Made by a program: the position numbers and the translations under genes
Assembly: GCF_009914755.1 (NCBI RefSeq)
Contig: NC_060929.1
From: the human T2T-CHM13v2.0 reference genome, Homo sapiens
Length of the DNA stretch: 64,000 nt
Direction: 5' to 3' (one strand)
The notes under the pieces: model-generated
Seen by the model: the letters and a program-made list of their open reading frames with translations, nothing else
The model's database searches: none
Told to the model about the DNA's origin: nothing
In this document: piece after piece, positions 14,418 through 35,566 of the stretch
Layout of the letters: every line of letters starts with the position of its first letter
Numbering within the stretch: position 1 is the first letter of the stretch

Positions 14418-14987
14418 CTAGTAGGGACTTCAGTAGGAGAAACAGAGTAGGGGTGGAGTGGGCAGGTAGGGCAAGGTGATGACTTCTGTTTAGATCATGA
14501 GGAACTGAAGGTTTACAGGACATTGGAGGAGTGAACATGAGGTTTTCTGCAGGCCATCCTCTCCTCAGTTCATGGCGCACCAAAAACGTGTATGTTAGAA
14601 TTGATGAGTGTGGAACTTCTGCCAGATTGCTTTCGGGTTTAGTTCTACTCATTTTCGCTCCCATCAGTAATACAAAAGGATTTGTTGGCATTTCCCCTGT
14701 CCTTGCCAACACTGGTATTTTCTGACTTCCAAATTTTTGCTAATCTGATGGAGATATCTAATGTTAGTTTATATTTCATTGTTTGCAGTAAGTGTAGGCT
14801 TTTTTTCTTTTTCTATTTTTCTTTCTTTTTTTTGTGCTTATTAGCCACTCAAGTTTCCTCTTTTGTAAATTGTCTAGGTATATCACTTGATCATTTTTCT
14901 GTTGGGTTTCCAGTTCTTTTCTTGGGGATTTCAAAAGTTTTGGAGTATTTCAGATAGTAACTTCTTATCAACTTTAAATACTACTAG

Positions 14988-15858
<871 letters not shown>

Positions 15859-16142
15859 GATGTGCTTTTATTGTTTTAACAGGTCCTTCCTCACAGGTCA
15901 CACAGATATTATTTTCTATTAATTGTATAGTCATACCTTTCCCATTTATGTTTTTAATTTTTCTGTAATTCACCATTGCATATAGGGGTTTGTGAGCATC
16001 CAACCTTATTTTTCTAGGTAAACTGGTTTTCCCAACATAATCTCCAAGAAAATCTTTCCATTTTATTTGTTATTACATAACAAATTCTCATGGGCCTATT
16101 TTTGAGCTCTCAATTTTGTTCCATTGGTTTCTTTCTTAACAC

Positions 16143-16714
16143 TGAGGACAGCAAAAATCACCTGGTGACCATACAGCAGCCATGGAGACAAAAACTCCTT
16201 ATCTGAGGAATTTAGAAGTATAATGAAGGGAGCAAAGCCCACCTGGTGGCCATCAGGTGGGCCATTTAGAGACCAAAAACCTCCTTATTTGAGGAATTTT
16301 AGAAGTAATTAGACTTCCCTATTATCTAAAGTCAGCACCTGGTTCCAGGCCTCTTTTCAACTTAAAATTTACAGGTAACAAGAATTTCTATACATCTCAG
16401 AATACATGCATGGCAAAACTCTTTGTGCAACCCTTGCTGACATTAAGACATCAGAATGTCTACAAATGTAATCATTTATCAGGTAAACTACTCTTCATCT
16501 CCTGCTTTGAAGTCCATAAATGCTCCTAAGGAAAATTCACCACGGTGGGCTTAGTTCTCTCTTGCTAAGGCACCCCCCTGCACCCCATCTGCAGTGTTCT
16601 TTCTTTCTAATAAAACTTTCCTTTTTCAAACCTATACTGCTGTCAGTAAATCCTTCTTATCAACCTGTGAGTTGACCATTTTCTGATACCAGAGCTCTGA
16701 TACCTCACCTGGCA
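16143..16714 (+). mobile_element. ERV1-type solo LTR (MER84/MER83-like)
   Basis: TG...CA ends; 5-bp TSD AACAC (16138-16142, 16715-16719); AATAAA near 16609; two internal copies of 'cacctggtg...aaaactccttatctgaggaatttagaagta'. Confidence 0.75.
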
Positions 16715-16848
16715 AACACCACCACACTGGATTAATTATTGTGATTTTAAAATATGCCTTCACATCTAGTAAGGTAAGCATCTCTTCCTTTCTCTTTTGT
16801 TCTCCCCAAATTTACTTAGCTATTTGTAGACATATATTTTACCAATCA

Positions 16849-17551
<703 letters not shown>

Positions 17552-17757
17552 TTACTTCACATTTACTAAACTTTATTTTTTATTTTTTCCTTTCCTGCCT
17601 TATATTAAATTGAATTTTGTTCTGTTTTGAAATGTATCATCCTATTTTTAACTAATTAAGACAAATGTGTGTGCATATCTTGTCTAACTTTTAAAAAACT
17701 TATCAGTATTACTATCTTCTCCTCTTCTTCTTTTTCCTCCTCCTCCTCCTCCTCCTC

Positions 17758-18182
<425 letters not shown>

Positions 18183-18260
18183 TAGATTTTTAGTTTTGAA
18201 TTGCTAGGGATTATAATGATAATGATTTTTTTTTTTTTCAGAAAGCATCCGTCTCACCAA

Positions 18261-20050
18261 TATAATTGTTAATTTTATGTGTCAACTTGGTTAAGCCACA
18301 GTACCCAGATATTTTATAAAAAACCAGTCTAAATGCCACTTTGAAGGCATTTTTTATATTTATATTTTTATTTTTTTATATGCAGTGGCTAGTTACTAGA
18401 TTGAAGATATTTTTTAGATTAACGTTTAAATCAGTAGTATATAGGAAACACAAACTTTACTATACTCAACTCTTCTGACACCAGATGTATGGGAGTTTTT
18501 CCTACACCAATTCTGCAACTGTTTAGACATCAAAGGGATACCCTAAACTCAATTATAACACTATTCAGAGTTAGTGCAGACTCTAAGGTTAAGAGCACAA
18601 GACTGCCCCCCACTTCAGATGCCAATTGCAATCTGAAGTGTCCCGAAGTTACTCACACTTCTGTCTGATTTAGCTATAAATTGAGGGTCCCCACAACCCC
18701 CTCCTCAGCTTTGATAATTTGCTGTGAAGGCTCACAGAGCTCAGAGAAACACTTAATGTTTACCGATTTGTTATAAAAGATGTGACAAGAATATAGAATA
18801 GCCAGATGAGGAGGTACATAGGATGCTGTCCAGAAGGGTCAAGTGCAGGAGCTTGTACCCAGGGAGTTAGGGCATGCCATCTTCCCGGTACCCTCCCAGC
18901 ACGTGGATGTGTTTACCAACCCAGAAGTTCTCTGAATCTCTTCGATTAGAGTTTGTTTGTTTGTTTGTTTTTGAAACTGAGTCTTGCTCTGCTGCCCAAG
19001 CTGGAGTGCAGTGACACCATCTTGGCTCACTCTGCCTTCTGGCTTCAAGCGATTCTCCTGCCTCCGCCTTCCGAGTAGCTGGGATTACAGGCGCACGCCA
19101 CCACAACTGGCAAATTTTTTTTCATATTTTTAGTAGAGACAGGGTTTCACCATGTTGTTCAGGCTGGTCTCAAATTCCTGACCTCAAATAATCCACCCGC
19201 CTCGACCTCCCAAAAAGCTGGGATTACAGGCATGAGCCACTGCACCCAGCCTCAATTAGGGTTTTTGTTTTTTGTTTCATTTTGAGATGGGGTTTCATTG
19301 TGTTGCACAAAGCTGGATTCAAACTCCTGGGCTCATACGATCCTCCTGCCTCAGCCTCCCAAGTGGGTGGGACTATAGGTGCACACCACCATGCCCAGTT
19401 TAGCGGTTTTATGAAGACATGATTAATTAAGTCATTGGTCATTGGTGATTAAGCTCAATCTCCAGGTCCTCCCCTCTTTCTGGAGGTGGGGAGGTGGAGA
19501 AAATGGCCTGTAACTCCCAGCTCTCTAATCACATGGTTGGTTCCCTTGGCAAACAGTTCCCCCTCCATCCTTAGGGGCTTTCCAAAAGTCACCTCATTAA
19601 CATAAACTCAAGTGTGTTTGAAAATGACTTGTGATAAATGACAAAAGACAGTCTTTTAACCTTTCACAGAGTTTTAGGAGCTCTGTGCCAGGGGATGAAG
19701 ACCAAAAAATATATTTATTATTGTATCACAATATCACAAGTTGACTTTGAGTCAAGCAGGTTACCTTCTAGAATGTGGGTGGGCCTCACCCAATCAGGTG
19801 AAGGCCTTGAGGGAAAAAATGATGGTCGTTCCCTGAGGAAGGAGGAATTGCACCTCCAGACTGCCTTAGGACTTGAACTGCAGCATATGTTGTTTCCTGG
19901 GTCTCCAGCCTGCTGGCTTGTCCTACAGTTTAGATTTGCTAGCTCACATGATTGCATGAACCAGTTCCTTAAAATCTCTCTCTCATTCTTCACACATGCA
20001 CATATTCTCACACACATATATCCTGTTGATTCTGTTTCTTTAGAGAGAAA
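18261..20050 (+). mobile_element. MLT2 (ERVL) LTR, split by MER21
   Basis: 'ttaattttatgtgtcaacttgg...aaatcagtag' resumes as 'actttgagtcaagcag...tgggtgggcctcacccaatcag' at 19744. Confidence 0.8.
18438..19738. mobile_element. MER21-family LTR nested in MLT2, itself carrying an AluS (18950-19251, minus) and an Alu monomer (19262-19398, minus)
   Basis: MER21 motifs 'cttctgacaccagatgt', 'aagactgccccccacttcagatgcc' and terminal 'tcacaatatcaca'; TSD agtag/agttg. Confidence 0.8.
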
Positions 20051-20183
20051 ACTTTTTTTTCCTAAACTGTTAGAGAATGGTATAACCCTGATTCTAATTC
20101 TAGATGTAAGATTTAGGGTTTGGGCTCTCAAATCTGACTGGCTGGGTTTGAATCCTGTCTCGGTCACTTACTACATGATTTTA

Positions 20184-20537
<354 letters not shown>

Positions 20538-21149
20538 TATAATAAGGGTATAGCTTAATGAATTTTCAAAACAGAACACAACAGTTAAAGGAGCATGATA
20601 AAAAACTAGAACATTACTAGCACCCAAGAAGCTACCCTTATGCCCACTTCCAGTGACTTCTCATACTCAATGAAGGAAACTACAATTGCTGACTTCTAAA
20701 AAAAATAGATACGCCTCACCAGTTTTTGTACTTTATATACAAGGAATCATACAGTGTATATTATTGTATCTGTCTTATGCTCACCCTTTTGTTTGTGAGA
20801 TTCATTTATGTGGTGGTATGTAGTAGTAGTTTGTTGTTGTATAGTATTTGTGTATAGTGTTTTATTATGTGACACACTAAATTTACTAATTCATTTTATT
20901 GTTGATGAGCGTTTGTGTATTTTCCAGTTTCTGGTTGGTTTGCCATCATGAATAAAGCTACCATGAACATTCTAGTGCATGGCTTCTGGTGAGCATAGGT
21001 GGGCATTCCTATTGAGTATATAACTAGGAATAGAATTGCTAGTTCATGAGGTATACATAGTTCAGCTTTGGTTAGTACTGCTAAACAGGTTTCCAAAGTA
21101 GTTGTGCCACTTTACACCCCCATCTCCAATGCATAAGAGTTTCAGTTGC

Positions 21150-21430
21150 GGCTGGATGTGGTTGCTCACACCTGTAATCCCAGCATTTTGGGAGGCTAAG
21201 GCAGGAGGATTGCTGGATCCCAGGAGTTCGAGACCAGCCTGGTCAACATAGGGAGACCCTGTCTCTACCAGAAAAAAAAAACTAGCTGGGTGTAGTGGTC
21301 TGTGCCTGTAGTCCCATCTACTCAGGAGGCTGAGGTGGGAGGATCCCTTGAGCCCAGGAGGTCGAGGCTGCAGTGAGCCATAATCACTCCAGCCTGGGCA
21401 ATAGAGCAAGACCCTGTCTCAAAAAAAAAA
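21150..21430 (+). mobile_element. AluJ
   Basis: Sense dimer; flanks 'agtttcagttgc' and 'agttccagttgc' form the TSD. Confidence 0.92.
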
Positions 21431-21517
21431 GTTCCAGTTGCTCCACAGTCACACTTACATGTGATATTTCCCCATCCTTTTCATTTGAGTTGTTCTCATT
21501 CTTCCCCCACCCCCAGC

Positions 21518-21970
21518 CTTATTAAGGTATAATTGGCAAATAAAAATTGTAGATATTAAAGGTATACAATATATAATTGACAAGTAAAAATTACAGATAT
21601 TCAAGGTATACAATGCAATGATTTGATATGTATATAGATTGTGAAATGATTACCACAATCAAATTAACATATCCATGACCACCCATGGTTACCATTTTTT
21701 TTTAGTGTATGTGTGATGAGGACACTAAACATCTACTCTCTCAACAAATTTCAAGTAAACAATACAGTACTATTATCTATAGTTACCATGCTGTACATTA
21801 GGTTCCCAGAACTTATTCAACTTATCATTGAAAGTTTGTACCCTTTGACCAACATCTCCCCATTTCTTCCACCTCCAAGCCCCTGGTAACCACTGTTCTA
21901 CTCTACACTTGCATGAGTCTGACTTTTTAGAATTCTACATATAGAGGAGATCATGTGGTATTTGTCTAAC
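21518..21970 (-). mobile_element. L1MA-type 3' end
   Basis: Motifs 'aggtataattg', 'accatgctgtacattag' and 'gtaccctttgaccaacatctcccc'; has a tandem duplication of about 44 bp at 21528-21614. Confidence 0.75.
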
Positions 21971-22022
21971 CATTCTGTTTCTGGTGAGTTTGTATCATGT
22001 GTTTTTTGTTTGCATTTTCCTA

Positions 22023-22193
<171 letters not shown>

Positions 22194-22970
22194 TCATCTG
22201 TTTATTAGGCATTTGGGTATCCTGTTTTAGAAAGAGATTTTTTTGTACCTTTTTAAATTGGGTTGTCTGTTTCTAGTTTATTAAGAAGTGGAAGCTTAGC
22301 CTATTTGAGGACTTCTTTTCTGATATAGGTATTTAAAGGTACACACTTCTAAGCATTGCTTTAGCTGCATCCCATAAATTTTGATATATTGTTATTTTTA
22401 TTCAGTTCAAAATGTTTCTAATTTGTCTTGTGATTTCTTATTTGACCTATAGATTATTTAGAAACATGGTTATTTTCCAAATATTTGAGGAATTCCCACA
22501 CTTCTTTCTGTTAACTGATTTCTAATTTAATTCCATTGTGGTTGGGGAACATGCTTTGTATAATTTCAATCCTTTTACATTTGTCAAAACTTGTTTTATG
22601 GCCTAGCATCTGCATTAGGTTCTAGTTGGCTCCCAAAAACTTTGAGCTTAGCTCTTTAGCCTCATGTACCCCTAGCCTTAGGATTCAGAGAGTGTCTAGT
22701 GAGGAAAATCAGGTGTGTCTGAGGCTCTTCATGTTCCTGATTTTGTCACTCAAGCCTTACGCATTAATGGAAAGCTTTGATCCAGTCTTCAGCCCATGCT
22801 CAGATTTGGTAGCTGTACCCAGGGGAAAATAACAGTTGCCAATTTGACCATTCTCTGAACTATTCTCTCTTCTCTGGGATTTTTAGTCCATCTAGTCCTT
22901 ACTGCTTCCACAACCCTTTGACACCTTTAAAATGTGATTTTTAAAATTGACTTAGGTCTTTTTGTTTTCT

Positions 22971-22974
<4 letters not shown>

Positions 22975-23001
<27 letters not shown>

Positions 23002-23123
23002 CTTTTATAGAGATGGGATCTCACTATGCTGCTTAGCCTGGTCTTGAACCCTGGCCTAAAGCGATCCTCCCACCTTGGCCTCCCAAAGTGCTAGGGTTAC
23101 AGGCATGAGCCACCATGTCCAGC
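22975..23123 (-). mobile_element. FLAM/Alu left arm with (TA)n tail; another FLAM at 22045-22170 (plus)
   Basis: (TA)n at 22975-23001 followed by a reverse monomer. Confidence 0.85.
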
Positions 23124-23510
23124 TTATTTAGGTCTTAATAGTTGCTGTTACTGACAGTGTGGCCTGTTTCAACGTCCAATAGCCTACCCAGAAGGGGAAG
23201 TTCTTTACTTTACTGTGTTATTTACTCACCTTTGCTTCCTTTGTGGCTTGCAGTGTTCCCCTGGATTTATTTCTCTTCTTGCTAGAATGCTACCTACAAC
23301 AGTATTTTCATGGAGGATCTTTGAGTGGTACAATTGAAGCTTGTTATGTAGATTAAAATTTTGGGTTTCATGTTATTTTCCTTTAAAACTTTTGAAAATA
23401 TTGTTTCTTCTCATAATAGTATTTCCCACAATCATCCCAAATTGAAAATAACCTAAACAGAGAACAGATAAATAAACTTTGATACATTTATACGACCAGA
23501 TACTACATGG

Positions 23511-23747
23511 CAGTGGCTCTAACTGCTGATGATTTTGCCCCCCCACTCCACCTCCCAGGAGACATTTGGCAGTATCTGGAGGTATTTTTTCATTATCACA
23601 ACTTACATGGGAGGGAGAGGATTGCTACTGGCATTCAGTTGGCAGAGGCTGGAAATGTGGCTGAATACCCTGCAATACACAGCATAGTCACCTACAGCAA
23701 AGAATTATCTAGCCCCAAATGTCAACAGTGCTGAGGTTGAGAAACTG
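23511..23747. mobile_element. MER20 (hAT-Charlie MITE)
   Basis: 'gattttgcccccc...ggacatttggca...gccccaaatgtcaacagtgctgaggttgagaaac'. Confidence 0.85.
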
Positions 23748-24057
23748 CTATACATTAATGGGAATCAATGAACTATTGCCACATAGGTGGATCTCACACA
23801 CAGAATGTTGAGCAACAGAAGCCTGATACAAAAGAGTAAAGACAGTGTGCTTCTATTTATGTAAAATTCAAAATCAGAACAAAACTAACTCACGGAGTTA
23901 GAAGTCAGAATAGGGTTTTCTTCGGGGGGAAATGGTGACTGGAAAGGGGCAAGGGGGACTTTTTAGGTGATGGTAATGTTCTCTTTCTTGACATGGGGGT
24001 TAGTTACACAGATGTGTTCACATTGCGAAATCAAGCTGTACTTTATGATGGGTTCAT

Positions 24058-24088
<31 letters not shown>

Positions 24089-24185
24089 TTCCCTGTCTCC
24101 CTCTCTCCCTCTCTTCCTCTCTCCCTCTCTCCCTCTCCCTCTCTGCCTATCTTCCCATCTTCCCATCTCCCCCTCTCCCCCCGCT
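24058..24185. repeat. CT-rich simple repeat
   Basis: (CT)n and CCCTCT-like pyrimidine tract. Confidence 0.9.
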
Positions 24186-24400
24186 CCTTCCATATGTATA
24201 ATACTTGAATAAAAGTTTTTCCAAAATCCCATTGTTTGATTTTAAGAGGTAATCTGCTCTTTCTCTCTGGAAGTGTTTACATTTTCTTTTTGCTTTTGAT
24301 ATTTTGAAATATTAATATAATGTGACTAAGAGTGAGTTTATTCTTACCTGCTTATCCCTCTATAAGATCTTTTAATCTAAAGTCTTTCATTTTTTTTCTA

Positions 24401-24920
<520 letters not shown>

Positions 24921-25288
24921 AATTGTTTCCCTTCTAGGATTTTTACTGTCTACATGCTGACACTTCTACTTCTGTCTTCCATATTTCTTAAGTTCTTTTT
25001 TTAAATATACATTTCATACCCTTTAATTTCCAACATTCTTTCGGTGATTTTCTTGACCCAAACTTCCATCTCACTAATTCATTCTTTAGATTTCTTCATT
25101 CTGCTATTTAATCTATTAAGTTCCTTTTAAAACACCATTATATTTTTCATCTGTTTTTTTCCACAGATATATTTTGACCCATTGTTGCTCATTGTTTTTC
25201 AGTATGTGTTTATTCTTGAAACATTTTATAAACTGTGATCTCCTGTTTTGTCTTTGAAGATATTTGCTGTGCTTATTTTGAACTGTGA

Positions 25289-26086
<798 letters not shown>

Positions 26087-29036
26087 TAGGCCATGGCTTG
26101 TGTTCGGCAGTGTTGAGCATGTGAGTATGTGCAGCAGGATGTAGGCCTCGGATGATCTCTGGCCTTGCAGCCTGAACCCAGGCCTTCTTATTTCCCTGTC
26201 CTTGGGAGGCCTTGTTGTGCTTTACCCTTGGACACTGCTGTTTCTAAGAGCTGTCATTTTTTTGGCTGAAATCTCCTTGTCTCCTTGGCTAAGGGTATGA
26301 GGAGGAGTGGCCAGAGCCAGGCGTTCTGTGTATACCTGCTGTTCTCTACTCTCGAAGCCCTGACAAGCATGCAATTCCTCCCCACCCCATGCCCTCAACC
26401 ATGGAAACAGGGGAGGGAAAAGAATGTCTCTAAAATCTCTTACAGACTGTTCCTGGGTGGGTGCCTGCCTGCCCTCTTATTTTCTGAGCTGTTTTCCATC
26501 CCACATTGGGACCCAACCGTCTTCTGGCTGCCCAGGAGATGATCATAGTTTTTACATCATTTCCTCAGATTCGTGAACCTTCCTAGCACCTTCATGATTT
26601 CTCCAGAATTGGATGAAGGGGAAGGAGCCAGCAGCCCTTGTTTATCACCTTGCCAGAAACCAGAGTGGTTCATGAGTCTGGACTTTAAGAGCAGCCTCTT
26701 CATGGTCATGTGACCTTGGGCTAATCCCTGAAGTTGTCGGTGTCTCAGTTTTCACATGTATGAAATCTGAATAATTATCTGCTTCAAAGGCTGTTGGACA
26801 GCTGTCATAGCATGGGCACATGGCATCTCTTAATAAACATTCATTGTTGTTGTTATGGTGTCATTTGGGCAGGGAGCTGAGGTTGGTGGTTGGATGGTAG
26901 ATTTGAATGTCATTTCCCTAAGGGAGTTAATAGAGTAAGGAATAAAGGAAGCTTGGGAAGTGGCTCCATTGTTTAAGGGTTAGTGGAGGGAGTAAGAAAA
27001 TAAGATGGAGAGGGAGGGCGTAGCCTGCCAAAGGGAGAGTCCAGAGGCCAGAGAAAGGACACTCTTGAGGTGTGTGTAGTGAGCCATCCTCAGGACCATA
27101 TGCCCAGCAGAAGGCAAGAAGGCAGCTTTTTTTTTTTTTTTTCCAGTCTATTAGTCTATTGGAATTTTCAGGTAGATGCTCCCTGGTGAACTTAGATCAG
27201 TTTTAGTGGAGAGAAGGGGACAGAAGCCAGATTGCACTGACTTGAGAAATAAATGGGAGGTGAGGAAATAGAGACAAATATAGACCTTTTCCCAAAAATG
27301 CTTGGCTGTGAAGAAGAGAGATTAAGGCAATAGCTGGCAGGGATGTCAAGTCAGAAGAAATGCAAGTGGGCTGGTTTCTTGTGGGGAAAGAGCCAGTTCC
27401 ATCTCCCCTATTTATTTTTCCTTTTCTTTCCTCCTTCCTCCTCCTGCCCTCCTTCCCTCTTTTCTCTTCCTTCCTTCTAGTTTATGTCCATATGTTTAAC
27501 TTGGCATCTTTCTAAAGATATATCCTAGGTGACTAGGAAAATCCAGAGGTGGGGGTATAGAAGGGGAGAGGGGACAGGGAGGAGGTGGGGAGAGAGATTG
27601 AGAAGAGAGAGATTGAGATTGGGGCTGCTGGAGGGAAGGAACAAATGGTTAATGAGGACTTCCCCTGAGAAGGCAGAAGGGTGGGGTTGGGGGTGGGGCT
27701 TGGATTATTTCCCAAAGTTGCAGGAGATGGGGAGGGGAGAATGGCTGTTACTGTAGGTAGGTAAGTTTCCAATGGGGGAAAATGGGATGGAGGAATAATC
27801 AGGGGTCCTTGCAGTGTATTCAGTTTGGTTGATGAAAAAGCTCAATAGGCCTAAAATTAACATATTCAGTTTTCCCAGAGACTGGGAATATTCCTCTCAC
27901 AGAGATTCCATGCAGGACTGAGATAAGGCCAGGTGTGGGGAAGGGCTCCGTGAATTGTGAGCCATTAGTGCTGATGAGGGAAAGGCATTCATTGAAGATA
28001 GCCAGTTTTGCCTGGTTATTGGCTGAGATCATGCCAGGACTCAGTGATTCAAGCTCAGACCCAGTGATGACCCTTGGGGAGACACAGACACAGATTATGG
28101 CTGGAAGCTCCTTTTTTGGAGTGATTCTACTGTAATTATCAGGGAACTACTACTTCATTGTGAGGTGCCCCTGGGAGCTTAGAATTGAGGAGACAGGCTG
28201 TCTCCCACAGTCCCACAACAAAGTGAATGCATAGAAATACAACTGAAGGGGGCCAAATGGACCCCAGGCCTGCAAAATTTCACCATACCCAGGCTGAATG
28301 TCTTCACAGGGGGCCTGTGACAGAGTATTTTAGGCTCAGATGATATTAGTAGGGATAACACCTCTTAGATTCTGTTTTCAGCTATTTGGTGTGTGTGTGT
28401 GTTGGAAGGTAGAATTTATCCACTACGTTCAGATATGCAGAAAAAAAAAAAGCAAGCAAACAAGGAAGGTGTGGGTAAGAATATTTCTGGGAAAAAAAGA
28501 AAAAATTAAAAAAGGTGAGGGAGGGGTAATAGTATTCTTGATTTTCTAATATTCTGTTTATGGGTACTCATAAGTACCCATATAGCTGAGAACAAAAGGT
28601 GTTAAGAACCCTCAGTTTCCAAAGGGAGGTGCTAGACAAGCTATGCAGAGCATGCTAAATGGGGACCTAGAAAACCTGGTCCTTTAAGGATCTAAAAGAG
28701 CCTGGTTGATGTTGGAGAGAGGACTAATAGCAGGAACTTATTTAACTACTATGTGTTTTCCCCTGCCCACACATACCTTAAGTGAAGAGAAGGGCTCCCT
28801 GAGAACTACTGGGGAGAATGTTAACAAGCATCTTGTGGAGTTTAGGGGTGATATGGGACAGATGCCTGCTCCTTCCTAGAATTGTCTAAAGGCAAGGGGC
28901 TGGCTAGAGCCTCCCTGAGTAGGCAAGGGCACCAGGAGAACAAGCTGGGCTTCCAGCTGGCGAGGGAACACAAGTCATGCAGTCCTCTGGGATTAGCCTC
29001 TCAGGGTACAGATATAACGATGATTGAGTTGGCTTA

Positions 29037-29061
29037 TGTATGTGTGTGTTGTGTGTGTGTC

Positions 29062-29101
<40 letters not shown>

Positions 29102-29122
29102 TGACAGAGAGAGAATGAGAGA
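29037..29122. repeat. Compound (TG)n(AG)n microsatellite
   Basis: Directly visible. Confidence 0.95.
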
Positions 29123-30498
29123 GAACTGGAAGTTGTCAACAAGAAGAGTCAAACTCTGTAAAATATTTGAAGAGATTTATTCTGAGCCAAATAGGAGTGC
29201 CACAGCCCCGGGAGATCCTAAGAACATGTGCCCAGAGTAGTCAAGCTATAGTTTGGTTTTATACATTTTAGGGAGACATAAGACATCAGTCAATACATGT
29301 AAGATGCACATTGATACACTGGTTTAGTAGGGAAAGGTGGGACAACTCGAAGGTGGGGGCGGGGCAGGGGCTTCCAGGTCATAGATGGATTCAATGATTT
29401 TCTGATTGGCAATCTGTTAAAAGAATTATTATCCAAAGACAGCTCTTAGGGGGTCTGTTCCAAGATGGCCGAATAGGAACAGCTCTGCTCTGCAGCTCCC
29501 AGCATGATCCACACAGATGACAGGTGATTTCTGCATTTCCAACTGAGGTACCTGGTTCATTTCACTGGGACTGGTCGGAAAGTGGGTGCAGCCCATGGAG
29601 GGTGAGCCAAAGCAGGGTGGGGCATCAACTCACCCAGGAAGTGCAAGGGGTCAGGGGATTTCCCTTTCCTAGCTAAGGGAAGCCGTGACGGACTGTACCA
29701 GGAAAATTGGGACACTGCCACCTAAACACTGTGCTTTTCCATCAGTCTTAGCAAATGGCACACCAGGAGATTATATCCCACACCTGGCTCAGCGGGTCCC
29801 ACGCCCACGGAGCTCACTGCTAGTCCGAGATCGAACTGCGAGGTGGCAAACCTTGCTGGGGGAGGGGCGCCCGCCATTGCTGAGGCTTGAGTAGGTAAAC
29901 AAAGCGGCTGGGAAGATCGAACTGGGTGGAGGCTGGGAAGATCGAACTGGGTGGAGCCCACCGCAGCTCAACAAGGCCGGCCTGCCTCTGTGGACTCCAC
30001 CTCTGGGGGCAGGGCATAGCTGAACAAAAGGCTGCAGAAACTTCTGCAGAATTAAACCTCCCTGTCTGACAGCTCTGAAGAGAGCAGTGGTTCTCCCAGC
30101 ATGGTGTATGAGCAGTGAGAACGGACAGACCGCCTCCTCAAGTGGGTCCCTGGCCCCCGTGTAGCCTAAATTGGAGACACCTTCCAGTAGGGGCCAACTG
30201 ACACCTCATACAGCTGGGTGCCCCTCTGAGACGAAGCTTCCAGAGGAAGGATCGGGGAGCAATATTTGCTGTTCTGCAATATTTGCTGTTCTGCAGCCTC
30301 TGCTGGTGATACCTAGGCAAACAGGGTCTGGAGTGGACCTCCAGCAAACTCCAACAGACCTGCAGCTGAGGGTCCTGACTGTTAGAAGGAAAACTAACAA
30401 ACAGGAATAGCATCACCATCAACAAAAAGGACATCCACACCAAAATCACATCTGTAGGTCACCATCATCAAAGACCAAAGGTAGATAAAACCACAAAG

Positions 30499-31539
30499 AT
30501 GGGGAGAAACTAGAGCAGAAAAGCTGAAAAGTCTAAAAGCCAGAGACATAAAAAGTCTAAAATCCTTCTCCTCCAAAGGATTACAGCTCCTCGTCAGCAA
30601 CAGAACAAAGAAGGACGGAGAATGACTCTGACAAGTTGACAGAAGTAGGCTTCAGAAAGTTGGTAATAAACTTCTCCAAGCTAAAGGAGGATGTTCGAAC
30701 CCATCACAAAGAAGTTAAAAACCTTGAAAAAAGATTGGATGAATGGCTAACTAGGATAAACAGTGTAGAGAAGACCTTAAATGACCTGATGGAGCTGAAA
30801 ACCATGGCACGAGAAGTACGTGACACAAGCACAAGCTTCAGTAGCCTATTTGATCAAGTGGAAGAAAGGGTATCAGTGATTGAAGATCAAATTAAAGAAA
30901 TGAAGCAAGAAGAGAAGTTTAGAGAGAAAAGAGTGAAAAGAAATGAACAAAGCCTCCAAGAAATATGAGACTATGTGAAAAGACCAAATCTACGTTTGAT
31001 TGGTGTAACTGAAAGTGATGGGGAGAATGGAACCAAGCTGGAAAACACTCTTCAGGATATTATCCAGGAGAACTTCCCCAACCTAGCAAGGCAGGCCAAC
31101 ATTCAAATTCAAATTCAGGAAATACAGAGAACATCACAAAGATACTCCTCGAGAAAAGCAACCCCAAGACACATAATTGTCAGATTCAACAAGGTTGAAA
31201 TGAAGGAAAAAATGCTAAGGGCAGCCAGAGAGAAAGGTCTGGTTACCCACAAAGGGAAGTCCATCAGAATAACAGCAGATCTCTTGGCAGAAACCCTACA
31301 AGCCAGAAGAGAGTGGGGACCAATATTCAACATTCTTAAAGAAAAGGATTTCTTTAAGAATTTCATATCCAGCCAAACTAAGCTTCATAAGTGAAGGAGA
31401 AATAAAATCCTTTACAGACAAGCAAATGCTGAGAGATTTTGTCACCACCAGGCATGCCTTACGAGAGCTCCTGAAGGAAGCACTAAACATGAAAAGGAAC
31501 AACCGGTACCAGCCACTGCAAAAACATGCCAAACTGTAA
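30499..31539 (+). pseudogene. L1 ORF1p remnant
   Basis: ATG at 30499 with TAG at codon 5; fragments 30636-30968 (coiled coil) and 30975-31394 (KRPNLRLIGV, RRM). Confidence 0.92.
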
Positions 31540-31601
31540 AGACCATCAATGTTAGGAAGAAACTGCACCAACTAACGGGATAATAACCAGCTAACATCAT
31601 A

Positions 31602-35566
<3,965 letters not shown>

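Noticed and set aside
16143-16310. Internal duplication of about 80 bp in an LTR
   Set aside because: Tandem U3 units are usual in this LTR group.
27405-27800. Pyrimidine tract followed by a purine/G-rich tract
   Set aside because: Low-complexity sequence without a clear mirror or inverted repeat; likely associated with an L2 relic.
30259-30292. 17-bp tandem duplication gcaatatttgctgttct in the L1 5'UTR
   Set aside because: As I recall, a similar doublet is part of L1PA consensus sequences of this age, so it is not locus-specific.
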